Below, one piece after another: positions 1 through 13,004 of a stretch of 64,000 nucleotides of DNA. How positions within the stretch are numbered: position 1 is the first letter of the stretch; each line of letters opens with the position of its first letter. The notes below the pieces were generated by a model. That model saw nothing but the letters and a program-made list of their open reading frames with translations. It searched no databases and was not told the origin of the DNA. The translations under genes and the position numbers were made by a program. Origin of the DNA: Tricharina praecox (lineage: Eukaryota); contig NW_026250408.1 of NCBI RefSeq assembly GCF_024521635.1, forward strand, positions 62,001-126,000, in the 5' to 3' direction.

Positions 1-1016
1 CTGTTCTGCGTCAATACCTTGATGTTGTGAGTGCAACGGATACGATACCACATGCCGTTCGTTCGAACTGGGGAACCGAAACTCCTATGCTCGCGAACGC
101 ACATTTCCTACTTCACCATGCTTTGAACCCGGATGTGACTTTCCAGTCAGTTTACTGGTACGGTACCTCTATGTTGAACCAACGTATTGAAGCTTGGTGG
201 CGACAGCTAAGCAAATCTCAAACAACAGCGTGGAAGTACTTAGTTACGGCTACCTGTTTTTAGTCACAGTACTGAACTCAACTTACATTCAATAGAATTT
301 CTTTGATAATCTACGTACCATGGGGCTTTATACTGAAGGCACTGTTGCTGACCAAATTGCACTACTCTATGTTTACCTCTCCACCATTCGGGAGGAGATA
401 TTAGAGTTTCTTGAGGTATGGAATAACCAGCACATCCGCCGGCAATCTCAGCGTCCCTATCTGCCATTTGGAAAAATTGTGGTCCTCTACTTCACACCTG
501 TGACTGGTGTCAATGATTACAGCTGGAAACCTGGCAGACAGGTCCTCGAACATTTACAGGCTGATGTAGCTGCATGGGGTATGTCACTGGGGATTAGATA
601 CCAGACGCGTATAAACTAACTGTCATATGGTAGACCCTGATGAATACCTACCTAATGCCACATTTGCTTGGTGTAAGGAGATGTTGGCATCTATCAGGGT
701 TCATGGCACTATCAAATTCCGGGACCGAACAGCAGAGCTGGATGCAGTTCATATGCTAGCTTATTGTCATCTACGGTCTCAGCTTCAGCTGCTCCACATC
801 GAAGGTGCTGTACTTCCGCTATGCACTATTCCAACAGGTGCATATGCATGGCTTCCTAACAATGCGTATGCTAGAAGAGAAGATCATCGTCACGATATTA
901 CTCCAATCGAGTTGGAGGACGATGATAGAGAGAAAGAACCTCTTTGGGACGTTGATGCAGTCGATCAGGAGGTAGGCCATCATGATAGTTCAGATACAGA
1001 AGGGGATGACTTGTAA
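1..1016 (+). pseudogene. Fungal integrase-core (DDE/rve-like) domain gene, 5'-truncated by the window edge, probably decayed
   Basis: Motifs YGTSMLNQRIEAWWRQLSKSQT and FLEVWNNQHIRRQ match the ascomycete integrase-core family (G-x-S-x-x-N-Q-R-I-E). Three ORF pieces (27-263, 320-619, 627-1016) are joined by introns. The second intron (gtatgt...tag) is clean, but the first lacks a good in-frame donor. The expected RSDxG motif reads RSNWG. Confidence 0.65.
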
Positions 1017-1859
1017 AATACGTAGGTGGAATATAGAATGGAGTCGAGGAGAAGGCTTGAGGAAAATGTGGGTGTTGCATTTGAGGACTCCGGGTCATCT
1101 GCATTATTCCGTATCACTGGAACATCCTTTGTAGCATTCGTTTCCGAAAAAGGCTGGAGGCGGCGCAGCTGGAGGTGGGACTGGAGGTGGGGCAGGAGGT
1201 TGGGCAGCAGGCTGCAATGCATGCGGCACTGCATGAGTCGTAGCAGCAGCGGCGAGGCAGGAGGTCGGTCAGTAGGCATTGAAGAAAGATTTTATGCAGG
1301 AAGTCTCACGGTTAACAAATGCTGTCCCCTTCCTGGCTAGGTATCACTTGGCTACTGAAACTGCAGCCGCCGGGATCCCAGGCATGAATGATCACTCGGC
1401 GCCAAACAGTCCTGTGGTCGCTCTAAGTCCAGGCATGAACAATCACGGTGGGCAGACGAACTCCAGAAGCCGATGAGGAAGATGCAGCAAGCGAGACATA
1501 CGAGTGGGAGCTCAGGGAGCGGGAGGAGAGAGCAGAGCTGAGGCGACTCGAGGGGGAGGAGGAGGAGGAGGGTGCGGAAGTCGAGGCACAGGAGGGTTCT
1601 GAAGCTGAGAAGTCGAGCAATGAAGAATAGCGGGTCTGAAAGTTACAGTGGAGGTAGGGCGGCTAGAGGGCATGGGGGTCAGTGCGAGGACGGGAGCCAG
1701 TGCGAGGTCGGGGGCGAGGATGCGGGGGTGCGGGGGTGCGGGCGAGGATGCGGGCGCGGGGGCGAGGATGCGGGGGTGAGGGCGACGATGTGGGGGTGAG
1801 GGCGAGGATGTGGGGACGAGGATGCGGAGCGGGGGTCGGAGCGAGCGGTGGAGACGGAC

Positions 1860-2960
1860 GCGGCGGAAAACGATCGTTTCCTCCTCCTAGTTTTGTTACT
1901 GCTTGGTGAGCTCACACACTGTTGGGAAAGGCCAGGGGGAGGGCAGGGGAAGCCACATCGGGCCGCCTAATCATGTTTGGGTTGGAAAGTGGCGTGGAAG
2001 CGGGAGATGCTCGGGTGGATGACAATGCCATGATCTAGATAGGCCGCATGCTATCAATGAAGGAACAACAAAAAAAACCAGCAAAAAGACATGAACGATC
2101 ACTCGGCACCACAGAGCTGTACCCGATTGAGATAAACAAAGGAAGCTGTGAAGGAAGAGGATATGGGACTGGGATTGGCTGGCACTGATGGTGGCTGTCC
2201 TCAAAGCAGGAGGAGACGGTGTTACCACAGCAATGTACTGTAACTTAACGGGTGATACCTTATGCAACAATAAATCGAAACGAGTGACCTTCCATACACA
2301 TTCACCAGAGTGAGTGATCGCCCATGACACAGCTGAACAACACTGACCATGCAACTGACGGTGGTCCACATGTGTGATGGCTGGGGCAAGGGATCTCATG
2401 TGGTTGGCTTGTTCCCATGTAGTTATCAGGGTCATTGAAACATATGAATCGATTGTTGAAAAGAAAATCTATTAATCATCATAGGAGGAAACAAAGATGT
2501 TCGTCCCTCAAAGCCCAATCCAACACCACATCAGGTTTAACTGCTCCAGTATTTCTGCACACGGTCAGAACTTAGTAAGCGATCACTCTGAATGATTGGA
2601 TCTTAGAGCCGGCCTGATAGCTATCATACCAGCTGATATAATCGCAGGTGCGCCAGCGTGAGTGATACAAAGTGATTGCATCCTGGGCGAGTGATATGCA
2701 ATGATTTCTCGCGGACGAGTGAGAGTGTATCATTGGTTGTTTTTTGTTCTTTTAGTGATTACATGCGGCCTTTCTAGATCATGGTAATATCATATACCCG
2801 TGCACCTAACCCCTGATACCCTGCCACTGTACAACCCAACTTTCATCAGGCGGCCTGATGTGGCTTTCCCAAACTTCCGCCCTGGCCTTATTTCCAAAAG
2901 AATGCAAGCGCACCAAGCAGAGATAGAGTAAGGAAAAGGCAACAGCCATTCCCTCTCACG
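1860..2960. repeat. Diverged inverted repeat (~1860-2110 vs ~2685-2960) around a ~570 bp spacer
   Basis: ccatgatctagataggccgcatg (2018-2040) vs catgcggcctttctagatcatgg (2762-2784); agccacatcgggccgcct (1951-1968) vs aggcggcctgatgtggct (2848-2865); tgcttggtg vs caccaagca. Confidence 0.8.
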
Positions 2961-3780
2961 ACGTCAGCTACCATTGTTTACATCTCACCGTGCCCCCACC
3001 CAGGCCAGTCCAGGTGAAAGCCCTGATACCGGCTAGTCCGGTGCGGCACCCCACTTCCCCTACCCATCTACCTCGGGCTGACACAAGCAAAAAGTAAATT
3101 GACAGTAAGCACGGGTATGGCCTACGTGCCCGCTTCTCCTGCTGTCCCCTCGCATCACTTCCCCGACTTCCGCCTTTTCTGGGGTTCACGTGTCCGATAC
3201 GGCCTAGGACCCCTGTTCTCGCCAACGAAGACGGTCACGTGGAATCCCTTGTCCCGAGTATTATCAGCCTAGGCCGGAACGCACCCTACATCGTTTCAAC
3301 CCACTCTCCCTTTCTTCTATTTTCCTTTCTCTTTGCGCTTGCTATCAACCTTCTTCTCTCTCTGCCTTCTTCCCTTGAGGTTGCTGCTCAGTAGTGGAGT
3401 ATATGACGACAACTGGCTTCCGTGGCATGCTGGCGAGGAACTGTTGTGGGGCACGTTGTCAAGGCAAATGTCGGCTTGTGTGGATGACTGGTGGGAAGAA
3501 TTGAGGCAGATGTCGGATTGAATGGACGAACTGGGGGGGGAGTGGAAAACCTGAGAGGTAGACTTACCGCGAAACGCGTCGCCGAGGGAGATGGCGGCTT
3601 GGGTGGACGACGCATTCCATAACTTTCTAATGGCCAGTCTGTCTCCGGTCTCACGTTATGATCAGCAGATGGCAGATGAGTGGAATTTATGCTCAAGTCA
3701 AAAAACTTACTGACTTGCTATGCGCACAATTAGTGACTAGTCATTAAGATAGATTCCACCCTCCCCCCCACCACCCACCG

Positions 3781-4110
3781 TCTCGCTCGGTCGCGGCAAT
3801 GACCTGCGACAGTCATGCGGCCTCATGCTCCACCCATTCTCTCGCTCGGTGGCGGGGATGCCCTGCCACAGTCGTGCGGCCTCGTAGTCGTAGTCCCCTC
3901 CAATAGTCTCGCACAGAGGCGGGAATGACCTGCCACAGTCCTGTGGCCTCGTAGTCCTACGACCTTGTAGTCCCCTCTAATCGTCTCGCTCGTTGACGGA
4001 AATGCCCAGCCACAGTGCGGCGATCTCGTTTCGCCCGGCAGCGGGAGTGCTCTGCGACAATCCTGCAGCCTCGTAGTCCACCCCCAACGTCTCGCTCGGC
4101 GGCCTGCTCC
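3781..4110. repeat. Degenerate minisatellite, ~5 units of 55-75 bp
   Basis: Recurring ctcgctcgg...gggaatgacctgccacagtc(g/c)tgcggcctcgtagtc units. Confidence 0.7.
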
Positions 4111-5156
4111 CACAGTTAGCGGGGTTGATGGTCTCCTCGCTGTCACCTGCCGTCCTCCCGCAATTTTGCTCTCTTTTCCGCTCTCTTTTCCGCTCTCTTT
4201 TTCTCTCCCTTATGCTTTATTTTTTTCTCTCTTTTTCTCTCTCTTTTGCCCACTCTTTTTCTCTCTATTTTTCTCTCAGTGGGCGCTCTATTGCGGTGTG
4301 AGGTGGGGCGAGCGGCCGCCACCAGCCCTGTGTTGCACAAAAAGCCAAAAGCCAAAAGCCAAAAGTTGAATGCGCAATGCGCCATGCACAACAGGTGACT
4401 ATTTGCTCACTTTCGACCGCCGTATTGGTTGCTGCTAGAGGCGGTAGTGGTGGGCGTTTGTACGGTGTGGATCGCGTCCATGCTCGCCGGAGAACTGAAT
4501 ATTCTCCGACAGCTGGCGCATCTTTCGGCGCCGGGACAGTGCGGTCGGGGTCTCGATCTTAATCGCCGCCCCGTTGATGCTCTCTTGTTTTGTTCAATAG
4601 CACTCATATTCAGCCTATCTAAACTATGGTCATTCGCAAAAACCTCGTCGATGCTCTCATCGATGCTCCCATCGTCGAGCCCTAGTTTCCGAGTGCGCAT
4701 CTGTGAAGATACCGAGTGCACACCCCATGAACCGATCACAGTTTTAGAGGCAAGTAGCAACAAGGCCATTACAGCTAGTATAATTACGTACTTCGTATTA
4801 GTAAAGGCATAGTTGGTGGTCCTCTCCTTCTTTGTTGTGAAATGTAAACACATTTCTTTGATGTAACCCGATAGGTTAGCGTCGGTTACGATTTTAAATT
4901 CCGGATGAGTAGCTGACTTATCTGCCGGATCGTCAAAGCAACGGAAGTTGCCCTAATCATTTATGTTTACCAACAACAAACGACGCGCAACCACTGACTC
5001 ACAACCCTCCACCAACGACTCGGCACCCTCCCTCAAACACCCTCCTCAAAACCACTTCAGCGCACCCCGTGCACCACCGCCGACTTGTCAACCACTGCCG
5101 CCGACCCGCCCGCAACGAAAGACGTCCACGAAGCACCGCGTATAGAGCACTTCAAG

Positions 5157-8021
5157 ATGTCATCCGGGGATGACCCGCCGGCACCGTCTTCGGCGCGGTG
5201 TTCCCCGTTTGATGCGCCACCGCCTCCCTACAACCATGACTTCCCTCCGTCATCGCCTTTTCCAGAGTCAGATGTTCAGGAAGTGTCTCCATCGATTGCC
5301 AACTCTTTAAAGAACTTGGTTCGCACTCCTGCCGAGGTCAGCTTACAGTTTCCTGCGCCCAGCATTGCCTCTACTGGCGAAGGTGTGGAGAGAGATGCAC
5401 GCCTGCATCGTAAGGAACTCGAAGATGCTTTGGCGGATACCAAGTTCGGTTACGGAACGGCTGGGCGTCCCCAACTCCTGCAACTGACGGAGGAAGAACA
5501 GCAGCGGTTTCAAAAGCGGATGGAAGAAATGTGTTTGGATGGTCCTGCGTACAGGAGTTCTGGAAATAATTCTGCTGGAGAGGCGGAGGGCTCGGATAAC
5601 AACGAAAGCCGGCCATCGCAGAAGGAGCGGACCCTTCTGCTGGAACGCCAGCTGAGCGGGCTTCACATTTTCGCGGATGGGAACGCAGATAAGGGCGGGA
5701 CGACTTCGGAAGCGGCGTCCAGTGGTCCTCCACCGAACACCGGAAGGAATAATCCCTCTCAGGAAATCAGTAGACACTACTCGCCTGTTGTGCACTACGA
5801 TCGACAAGGAATCCGGATGGACTACGTTCCTCCCATCTACCGCTTCCGAGCCAACGAGCTTGCGTCTCCCGGTCGTGCGTCGCCGTTGAGTGTCAACGCA
5901 TCCCCTATCGCTCCAAGTAGTCGCAAGAAACAGATCCAAGACCACCAAACATCACCGGTGCGAATCTCTCGCAATACAGGTCTAGAAAAGGATAGACTTC
6001 GAGAAGAGGACGATAGCGATGGTGACAAGGATACAGGCGCGGAGGAGTGGCAAACTCGTCCATTGAACCGGATGCGGGAAGCGGCCGGGGTTGACAAGAT
6101 GATACATGGTGATTTGATGGCGACACCGGTCACCAAACATACTCAGAATTACTCTGTGTCGATTCCTCGTCACAACAGGCCTGTTAAACAAGTTACACCC
6201 ACGACGGCATCGGTGATACCCGGTAGGTTTCAATATCCTGCATGGCCATCGAGTCGCAGCTAACGGTACCTAGATGATCCCTTTCAGGTGGATCCTCGTC
6301 GACTCTCCTTCTCTCCATGTGGCGGGGCTCAGTACTGTGAGCGGAACCACAAACACCAAGCCATCATCAGCCCTCCAGTTGTGCCGCAAGTGTGGCTTTC
6401 ACAAGCACCATCGCCCGGGCTCTCTGGCTATAATCCGTTCAATACTTCAACAGATCCGCGTCAGACAAGGGACACTCCCCAGCCTATTACCCCGAAAAAC
6501 TGGACCATGCGCGCAATTCCACCCTCTCCCGCCATCGTGCAGACTCCTGGGTTGGTGGGAAAGCGAACCGTCCTCCCGACTCCAAACATTCATCGTCAGC
6601 AAGCTCTGGTCCACCACCAGTCGCGATCGGATAGTAAGGCACCAACGAACTCAGATCATGACTCTACGGAATCATTTTCGTCTACCAAAACCCAATACGC
6701 GGGTCAAGGATACGCTGGTCGACGCCGAAAAGGTGTAGACTCGTCAGAAGATGAGTTCAACGTTCACTCGGTTTTCTTCCCTCAAAAGAAGAAGAAGGCG
6801 AACGCAAACGGCGTGGCTGTCTCGAGTCGCCTAATGGTTCCAACACAGAGCTCCCGCGCAAGATCGAAAGTTCGCACTGAGAGGGATAACAAGCTGCTGA
6901 ATAATCCCGGAGTTTTCAATACTGGTCCAGTTGCCCAGACTCACACCAGGAGAGTTCCCGATCTCGGAGGCAAGGCTCAGGATTTCACTCATAATGCTCG
7001 TGGAATATCGCGAGCGAGACCACCGTGGGAGGGCATCGCCGTAGTTCCTGCTGAGTTCGTTGGTGCCGCTGTGGATATTCTGGAAAAGAGCCACCGCGCT
7101 GAACATGATCACCAAGGACGCAAGCAGGGGTTTTCGAGGCAGGTGGGTGTTGAAGGCCCACGCAGATTTCCGGCCAGCATGGGGTTCCATGCTGTCCCAA
7201 CGAATACTATGAGGCAGCCTGTGCAGCATTCATACGGAAGTACCGCCTTTAGCGGGGGCATGTACCAAGATCCGTCCCTCACCGGTCGTCGACACGGTTT
7301 GCATCCCTCCCCTGAGAAGCCACTACGCCGCAACAAGTCCCGTGCTCGCTTTGGCGAACCTTTGGAAGACAGGATACCTGGTGGCTACATCTCCAAGCTC
7401 GGTACGCAGGCCACTCATCGCCAGGCCCCCGTCGATACCCGGCCTGCACCTGTCCAGACTTCCGGAAGACGTCACACCCCGCCGAATCGCCTTTTCACGG
7501 CTGTGTCGACCCACAATTTGAACGTGTTCGACAGGCTGTGCGCTCCTACCGCCGCATCGCGGGCTCGTGCTAGATCCCAGAGGTCCGGCTCACGCCCCGA
7601 CTCGCGGAACGGAGCGAGCTACGATCCGTGTTTCACAGCCCATGGCCACCGCAGCGCTCACCCGGTTGCGCCCGGCAGCGCCCGCCGCGAACCACCCATT
7701 TACGCGCCAGATCCCCGCACTCCACAGACCCAGCTCGAGGCCTGGGAGCAGCGCGGATACGCCGCGTACGAGGCTGCTAGACTCATCGAGAAGAGCAGCT
7801 TCACAATGGAGCAGAAGCACGGAATTCAGCACCTCCATAGGCTTATCAACGCGGTCTTCGTGGGCATGAAGCTGAGGGCTCCCGAGAAGGAAGCTAAGAT
7901 TGAGACCGCCTTCGGCGAGGTCGTCGCTCAGCTCAACTTGCTGTTCTTCCTGCTCGAAGGAAAGCCCGATGAGGCCCATGTTGCCAAGATGATTGCCAGA
8001 GTTGCCGCCCGCGGAAACTAG
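5157..8021 (+). CDS. Hypothetical protein, ~940 aa, low-complexity/disordered with a helical C-terminus; 2 exons
   Basis: ORFs 5085-6263 and 6288-8021 join in frame through a phase-1 intron 6223-6273 (gtaggt...gctaac...tag). First ATG at 5157. No recognisable domain. Confidence 0.7.
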
Positions 8022-8317
8022 GGCTGCGGGATGTACTACTCGATAGCTTCTTGCCACTCATGCCAAACTTCCGCGAGGCTGTATCTTTGTCTTAGACCCT
8101 TGTAGGACTGTTGACCGTGGCGGAGAGAATTGATTGATCCGTCTTTTGTTGAAGCTGTGTGATATTTTGTGTTTTCTTCCATCAAATACGTGATTGGTGT
8201 CACGTGGGTAGGCTTACAGGAGCAGGGAGATAGGGCTCCACTGCACCATATCTACATGAGTTCCTTTAGTTAGGCGGTAAGTAGCATCAATGAGTAGCAT
8301 ATGGTATTGTATGTGCC

Positions 8318-8934
8318 CAGTGTTCTCCGTAGTCCGGTCCAGACTGCAGCCCGGACGAGACGGACTGCCAAGATCCAGTCCCGTCCGTGCCTTTTTGCGG
8401 AAGGGATAAAAGTAGTCCGTCCCGTCCGCCAATTTGCTGGACGGGGTTGGACTGCAGTCCGGTAGTGAAAACAAATGCCACTATTTTCAGCACTTATCCC
8501 ACCAACTTTGGTGGTATTTCCCACTATCGTGTGTTGAATTCCGTCCAGTGCCAGCAAAACTGTGAGCGGCGACACCATCTTCGTCCAGTACCGGGTATGC
8601 CGCGCCACAATCTTCGTCCAGGAGCAATAAACTGCGCCACCATCTGCGCCACAATAGTTGTTAAGTGCCATCAACGCCGCGGTATCATCTTGAGCCCGTG
8701 CGCAAATACTCCCCTCAGCCACCACGACCACCGATAATACGCCGCGGGCCTTCTATCATGATTTCTGTCGCCTTGTACCAGTCTTGGCAGTCGACTACAA
8801 TCGACTGCAGTCCGTCCCATCCGACCTTACTGGTGGACTAGTTCGTCCGAAAGACTCCTCCGGACGGACTGAATGTATGTAGTCCAGTCCAGTCCGAGGC
8901 TGAGAACGGACGGATTGGACTATGGAGAATACTG
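8318..8934. mobile_element. Non-autonomous hAT-type DNA transposon (MITE), 617 bp
   Basis: TIRs cagtgttctccgtagtcc / ggactatggagaatactg; perfect 8-bp TSD TATGTGCC at 8310-8317 and 8935-8942; subterminal GTCC/GGAC motif arrays. Confidence 0.9.
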
Positions 8935-9458
8935 TATGTGCCGGTAATTCACGTCACCGTGGCCGTACCAGTAAGGCCGAGGGTATCAAGGGTGGAACCT
9001 TCCCTTCCGCATGTCCAGTCCTTCGCTTGTGGTTTTCGCCGTACGTTACTGAACACCAAGTCTGGTATCAAGTAAACACGGCCACCAATCGTCCGCCCAA
9101 CGCACCTGGAGGTCTTGAGTTATTTTTACTATTCATTCGCGGATGCATCGTCGCGAAGTCGCCTTAGTGTGATGGGTGTTGTATGTGGTCGGAGCTCGGA
9201 ATCCTGCTTCGCCAAGTGTCTGTCTGTAGCTTTAGTAGCCCGACTGTCTATATTGTAAGGGGAAAAGCTGAGAAATTTCGTCCTCGTTTCTCGAGAATCA
9301 TATTATGCACACAGGAAACGCAGTATGCGTAGCTCGATGCTTACCAACGGAAGCCGTACTCGGATACATGTTAGGTACTATGAAGTGAGCGGTGCATAGA
9401 CTACCTAGATTTGAATGATTCATCGCGAACATCACATACCTAGGTCAGTCCTTTACTA

Positions 9459-9917
9459 CAGTAGCAAAAAGTGGGGTGCGACTCCTTCCGCAGGTCATGA
9501 GTAGAACCACCGTATAGGTAGAAACCTAGCAGTTTTCCGAAAATACAGATGTATTTTGTTATTTCTTTCTTCCCATAGTCCCAACTCTACGGTATCGAAA
9601 ATCTTTACGTAAGGTTGTAAAGATATGCATACCAAAAAGTGGGAAGAAGCACTGCAGTTCTTCCAGACGCAAAATCTTACGTGGTGTCGGGAATACCAGA
9701 AAAATATCAGGAAACTACCTTGTATGCACAACAACGTAGTGCAGAGAGCACCGTTGTCATGTCAACCAAATGGTCTCTGAATTGTAGTAAAACTACAAGT
9801 ACAAGAGATCTACGGAAGAAATGCGTAGCAACCCTCCGGCTTCAAAAAATACGTATTGTGGGTAAGACATGTTGTACGCAAGCAAAAATGTACGACATTC
9901 TAGCACTTTTCAGGTGT

Positions 9918-9951
<34 letters not shown>

Positions 9952-11416
9952 GATCACTGTAGGCGGCTCGTGCTTCCAATCGAAGCACCTGCCAACCACC
10001 GATACCCTCCCCACAGTTGCGGTGGTAGTAGCAGTAGCAGTTGCGGCGAGGAAAGCTATAAGACTAGGGAGCTATCAGCGGCAGTAGTAGTTGTAGCGGG
10101 AGGGGGAAGAGTAGTTGCGGCGAGGGTAGAGTTGCGGTGAGGGTAAAGTTGCGGGGCGGATTTGCAGCAGGAGAAGGAGTTGTGGGAGGAACGCATTGTG
10201 GGGGGAGGAGTTGTCAGTGAGAAGGAGTTGTCAGTGAGGAGGAATTACCAGCGAGCAGGAGGAGGAGTTGTCAGCGAGTAGGAAGCAGAGCTATCATTGA
10301 GAAGGAGTTGTCAGTGAGGAGGAGTTGTCAGTGAGGAGAAGTCGTCAGTGAGAAGGACTTACCAGCGAGGAGGAGTGGTTAGCGAGGAGGGCTTGTCAGT
10401 GAGTAGGAATGATTAGCGAGAAAGAGGAGCTTTCTGCGAAATGAAGAGGAACTGAAAGCGAGAGGAGGATTTGCGGCGAGAGTAGCAGTAGCAGTAGCAG
10501 TTGCGGCGGGGGAGGGTTGACTGTCTATTCTGTCGAACATGATCAAGAAAGAAGAAGAAGAAGAAGAAGAAACGCCGCGGGACCCAGCTTAAGTACCCCT
10601 CCTCCGCACTCGGTCGACCCCGCCATGCCCGCCATGCCCGCCAACGTTGAGGCCCACTACTAACTACATTCGATTTCACCCGCCGACCCCCCTCACGCTG
10701 CAATGGAGGCAGTACTGCTGTCGCCTGGGGGCCATGGATGCAATACTGGCGCCGGTGACTAGAGTCATTCCCACTCATTGACAGTCATTCACACCCGGTG
10801 ACTAGAGTCATTCATACTCGGTGACTAGAGTCATTCATACTCGGTGACTAGTCACTCCCAACTTGATGGCTAGTCATCCCCACTTTAGTGACTAGACATG
10901 CCCACTTTAGTGACTAGTCATTCCTGCTCGGTGACGAGTCATTTTCCCATCCTGTCTGAGGTATACCTAGCCCAGGACGGACTAGACGGACGAAGCCCCA
11001 TGGTACTCAAAAAGATCGCATTGTACGACCCTAAGGTACCAGTGAGCACAGATTTCTGCAAGCACGGAAGTCTTTTAGTAGAGATATCGCAGACATCTGG
11101 TGAAGATCACGGAGTACCATTGAAGTCAACGCAACAGGCAGTTTTGTTTACCATATGATTCTCGAACTATGTGGGTTTTATATTTACGTATGATATGCAA
11201 ATGTGACTCCAACACTGAATAACTCTCGTGGTCTATAGTAGAGGGATTATGTTTTGATACATGGTGTGGGAAAGATGGTAGTCCTTTTTTCTATGTGAAA
11301 ATACGTGATGTCTGGTTTTTTTTTTAAAAAAAGTAAAAAATACAGGTTAAGTAAAAACCTGGTAGTTCTTTGGTATTGCGATAAACCTGGTATTTTCACC
11401 CAACCTTTTGCTACTG
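9459..11416. mobile_element. Non-autonomous Tc1/mariner (pogo/Fot1-like) DNA element, 1958 bp
   Basis: TIRs cagtagcaaaaagtggggtg / cacccaaccttttgctactg; TA TSD (9457-9458, 11417-11418). The empty site ctttacTAcctaaa survives in the paralogous copy at ~12328-12341. No transposase ORF seen. Confidence 0.85.
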
Positions 11417-11891
11417 TACCTAAATATTTTAAGCTGCCGCTCCCAGTGTGGATCGAACGGCGGCCAAGCAGCGACTCAGCGAGTAAAAAAAAGATAAGCC
11501 AAGGATACCCGGGCCCAGGTATCAAAGTGCTAAATGGTAAAATTGTCTGGGCTATCTTGGCTGACGTTAATTGATAGCATATTAATTATGAACCTCTCCG
11601 TCGGCAGTACTACGGATCTCCTACTTTGTCCATTATAAACAGTATCGTTTGTACTTTACACTACACCACGACGCCACGTCCGCTACCGAGTGAAGACAGC
11701 TACCAATCCTCCGCCTAACTCACTTGGAGGTTTTTTTGTCATTTTTACTATTCCTTCGCGCAATGCATGGTCGCCTCGGTATGATGGGTGTTGTATGTGT
11801 TCGGGGCTCGGGGCTCGGGGCTCGGCATCCTACTTCGCCAAGTGTTTGTCTGTAGCTTTACCATACTGACTGTCTATATTGTTAGGGTTAA

Positions 11892-12141
11892 TGTCAAGAT
11901 TAGACGTCCAGAAGGCTCTAGACGACTTACGATCCTAAAGGCTCCACTTGATGACACGGCGCGGACCGTGCTCGTCCCAGAAGCCAAAGAATCTGAGTAT
12001 CTCCTACCTAAGAATATTCTACCTTGGACAAGACAAGCGTGTATATAGAGGACCTCTCTGGCCCGACGAGAATTAGAGAATCAACCAGAACATTTTCTAT
12101 CTATCTATCCATCCCTATCTCTATCTTCCGTATTGTTGACA
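11892..12141. mobile_element. Solo-LTR-like insertion, 250 bp
   Basis: TG...CA ends with terminal inverted hexamer tgtcaa/ttgaca. Absent at the paralogous site (tattgtaaggggaaaagctg, ~9251-9270). TSD is degenerate (gttaa/ggaaa). Confidence 0.65.
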
Positions 12142-12788
12142 GGAAAGCTGAGAAAGGTCGTTTTCATCTCCCGAGAATATTAGTATGCACACAGGAAACC
12201 GCAGTATGCGTGGCTCGATGCTTAGCAACGGAAACCGTCCTCGGATATATGTTAGGTACTATGAAGTGAGCTGTGCATGGACTACCTAGATTTGAATGAT
12301 TTATCGCGATCATCACGTGGGTCAGTCCTTTACTACCTAAATCTCTCAAGCTGCCGCTCCCAGTGTAGATCGAACGGCGGCGACACAGCGACTCGGCGAG
12401 TAACAAAAAGACAAGCCAAGGATACCCGAACTTGTATCAAAGTGCTGAACTGTAGAATCGGTGAGCTATATTGGCTGAAATTAGGAGATGGAAAAATCAA
12501 TTATGAACCCCTCCGTCGGCAGTACCACGGCTGAGGGCTCTACCACTATGTCCATCATAAACAGCATCGCTACCCTCGCATCGTTCCGACAAAGCGGCTT
12601 ATGAAGTTGGTCCGTACCTCTTGGCTGCAATAGGAAGCTTTACGGTTTTCAAACCCACTCGTGCCTCCGCAGTAGTTGCACTCCGGTAACACCTCTGCGT
12701 AAAGCCAAACATCTTACATAAATACTCCGAAGATGTACCTTCCGAAGATCACCATTCCGCATGCGAACCAGCGTTCCTGAAGGCTCTG

Positions 12789-13004
12789 TGTGACGTGGCG
12801 TTATAGGCGGAGGATACTCGACATAGAGAGCGTCGTCATGATACCTTAGATTGAACGAGTGTTTATGAAGAGGAGTCGCCACCCCGAGGCTCGAGCCCCG
12901 GCAGCCTGCGGGAAGTGAGAAAATTCAATACTATCACCGCCTAACAATCCATCCCTATCTCTGTCTCTATAGACGGTAATTCTGAAAGTTGAGTATCCGT
13001 TACA
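12789..13004. mobile_element. Possible second solo LTR
   Basis: tgtgacg...cgttaca termini; shares ccatccctatctct with the 11892-12141 insert; no clean TSD. Confidence 0.3.

Larger units (their letters stand above)
9075..12571. repeat. Tandem direct duplication of a ~0.6 kb non-coding unit, each copy split by a different insertion
   Basis: Copy 1 = ~9075-9458 + 11417-11650; copy 2 = ~11700-11891 + 12142-12571. Shared blocks include atgttaggtactatgaagtgagc (9368/12249) and aagctgccgctcccagtgt (11430/12348). Confidence 0.85.

Noticed and set aside
3191..3290. ~100-bp TG...CA segment with cggcctagg/cctaggccg inverted repeat
   Set aside because: Too short, no TSD or second copy; it may be an LTR fragment but I cannot support that.
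10200..10945. Regular short repeats as a possible CRISPR array
   Set aside because: Eukaryotic context, degenerate units and no unique spacers.
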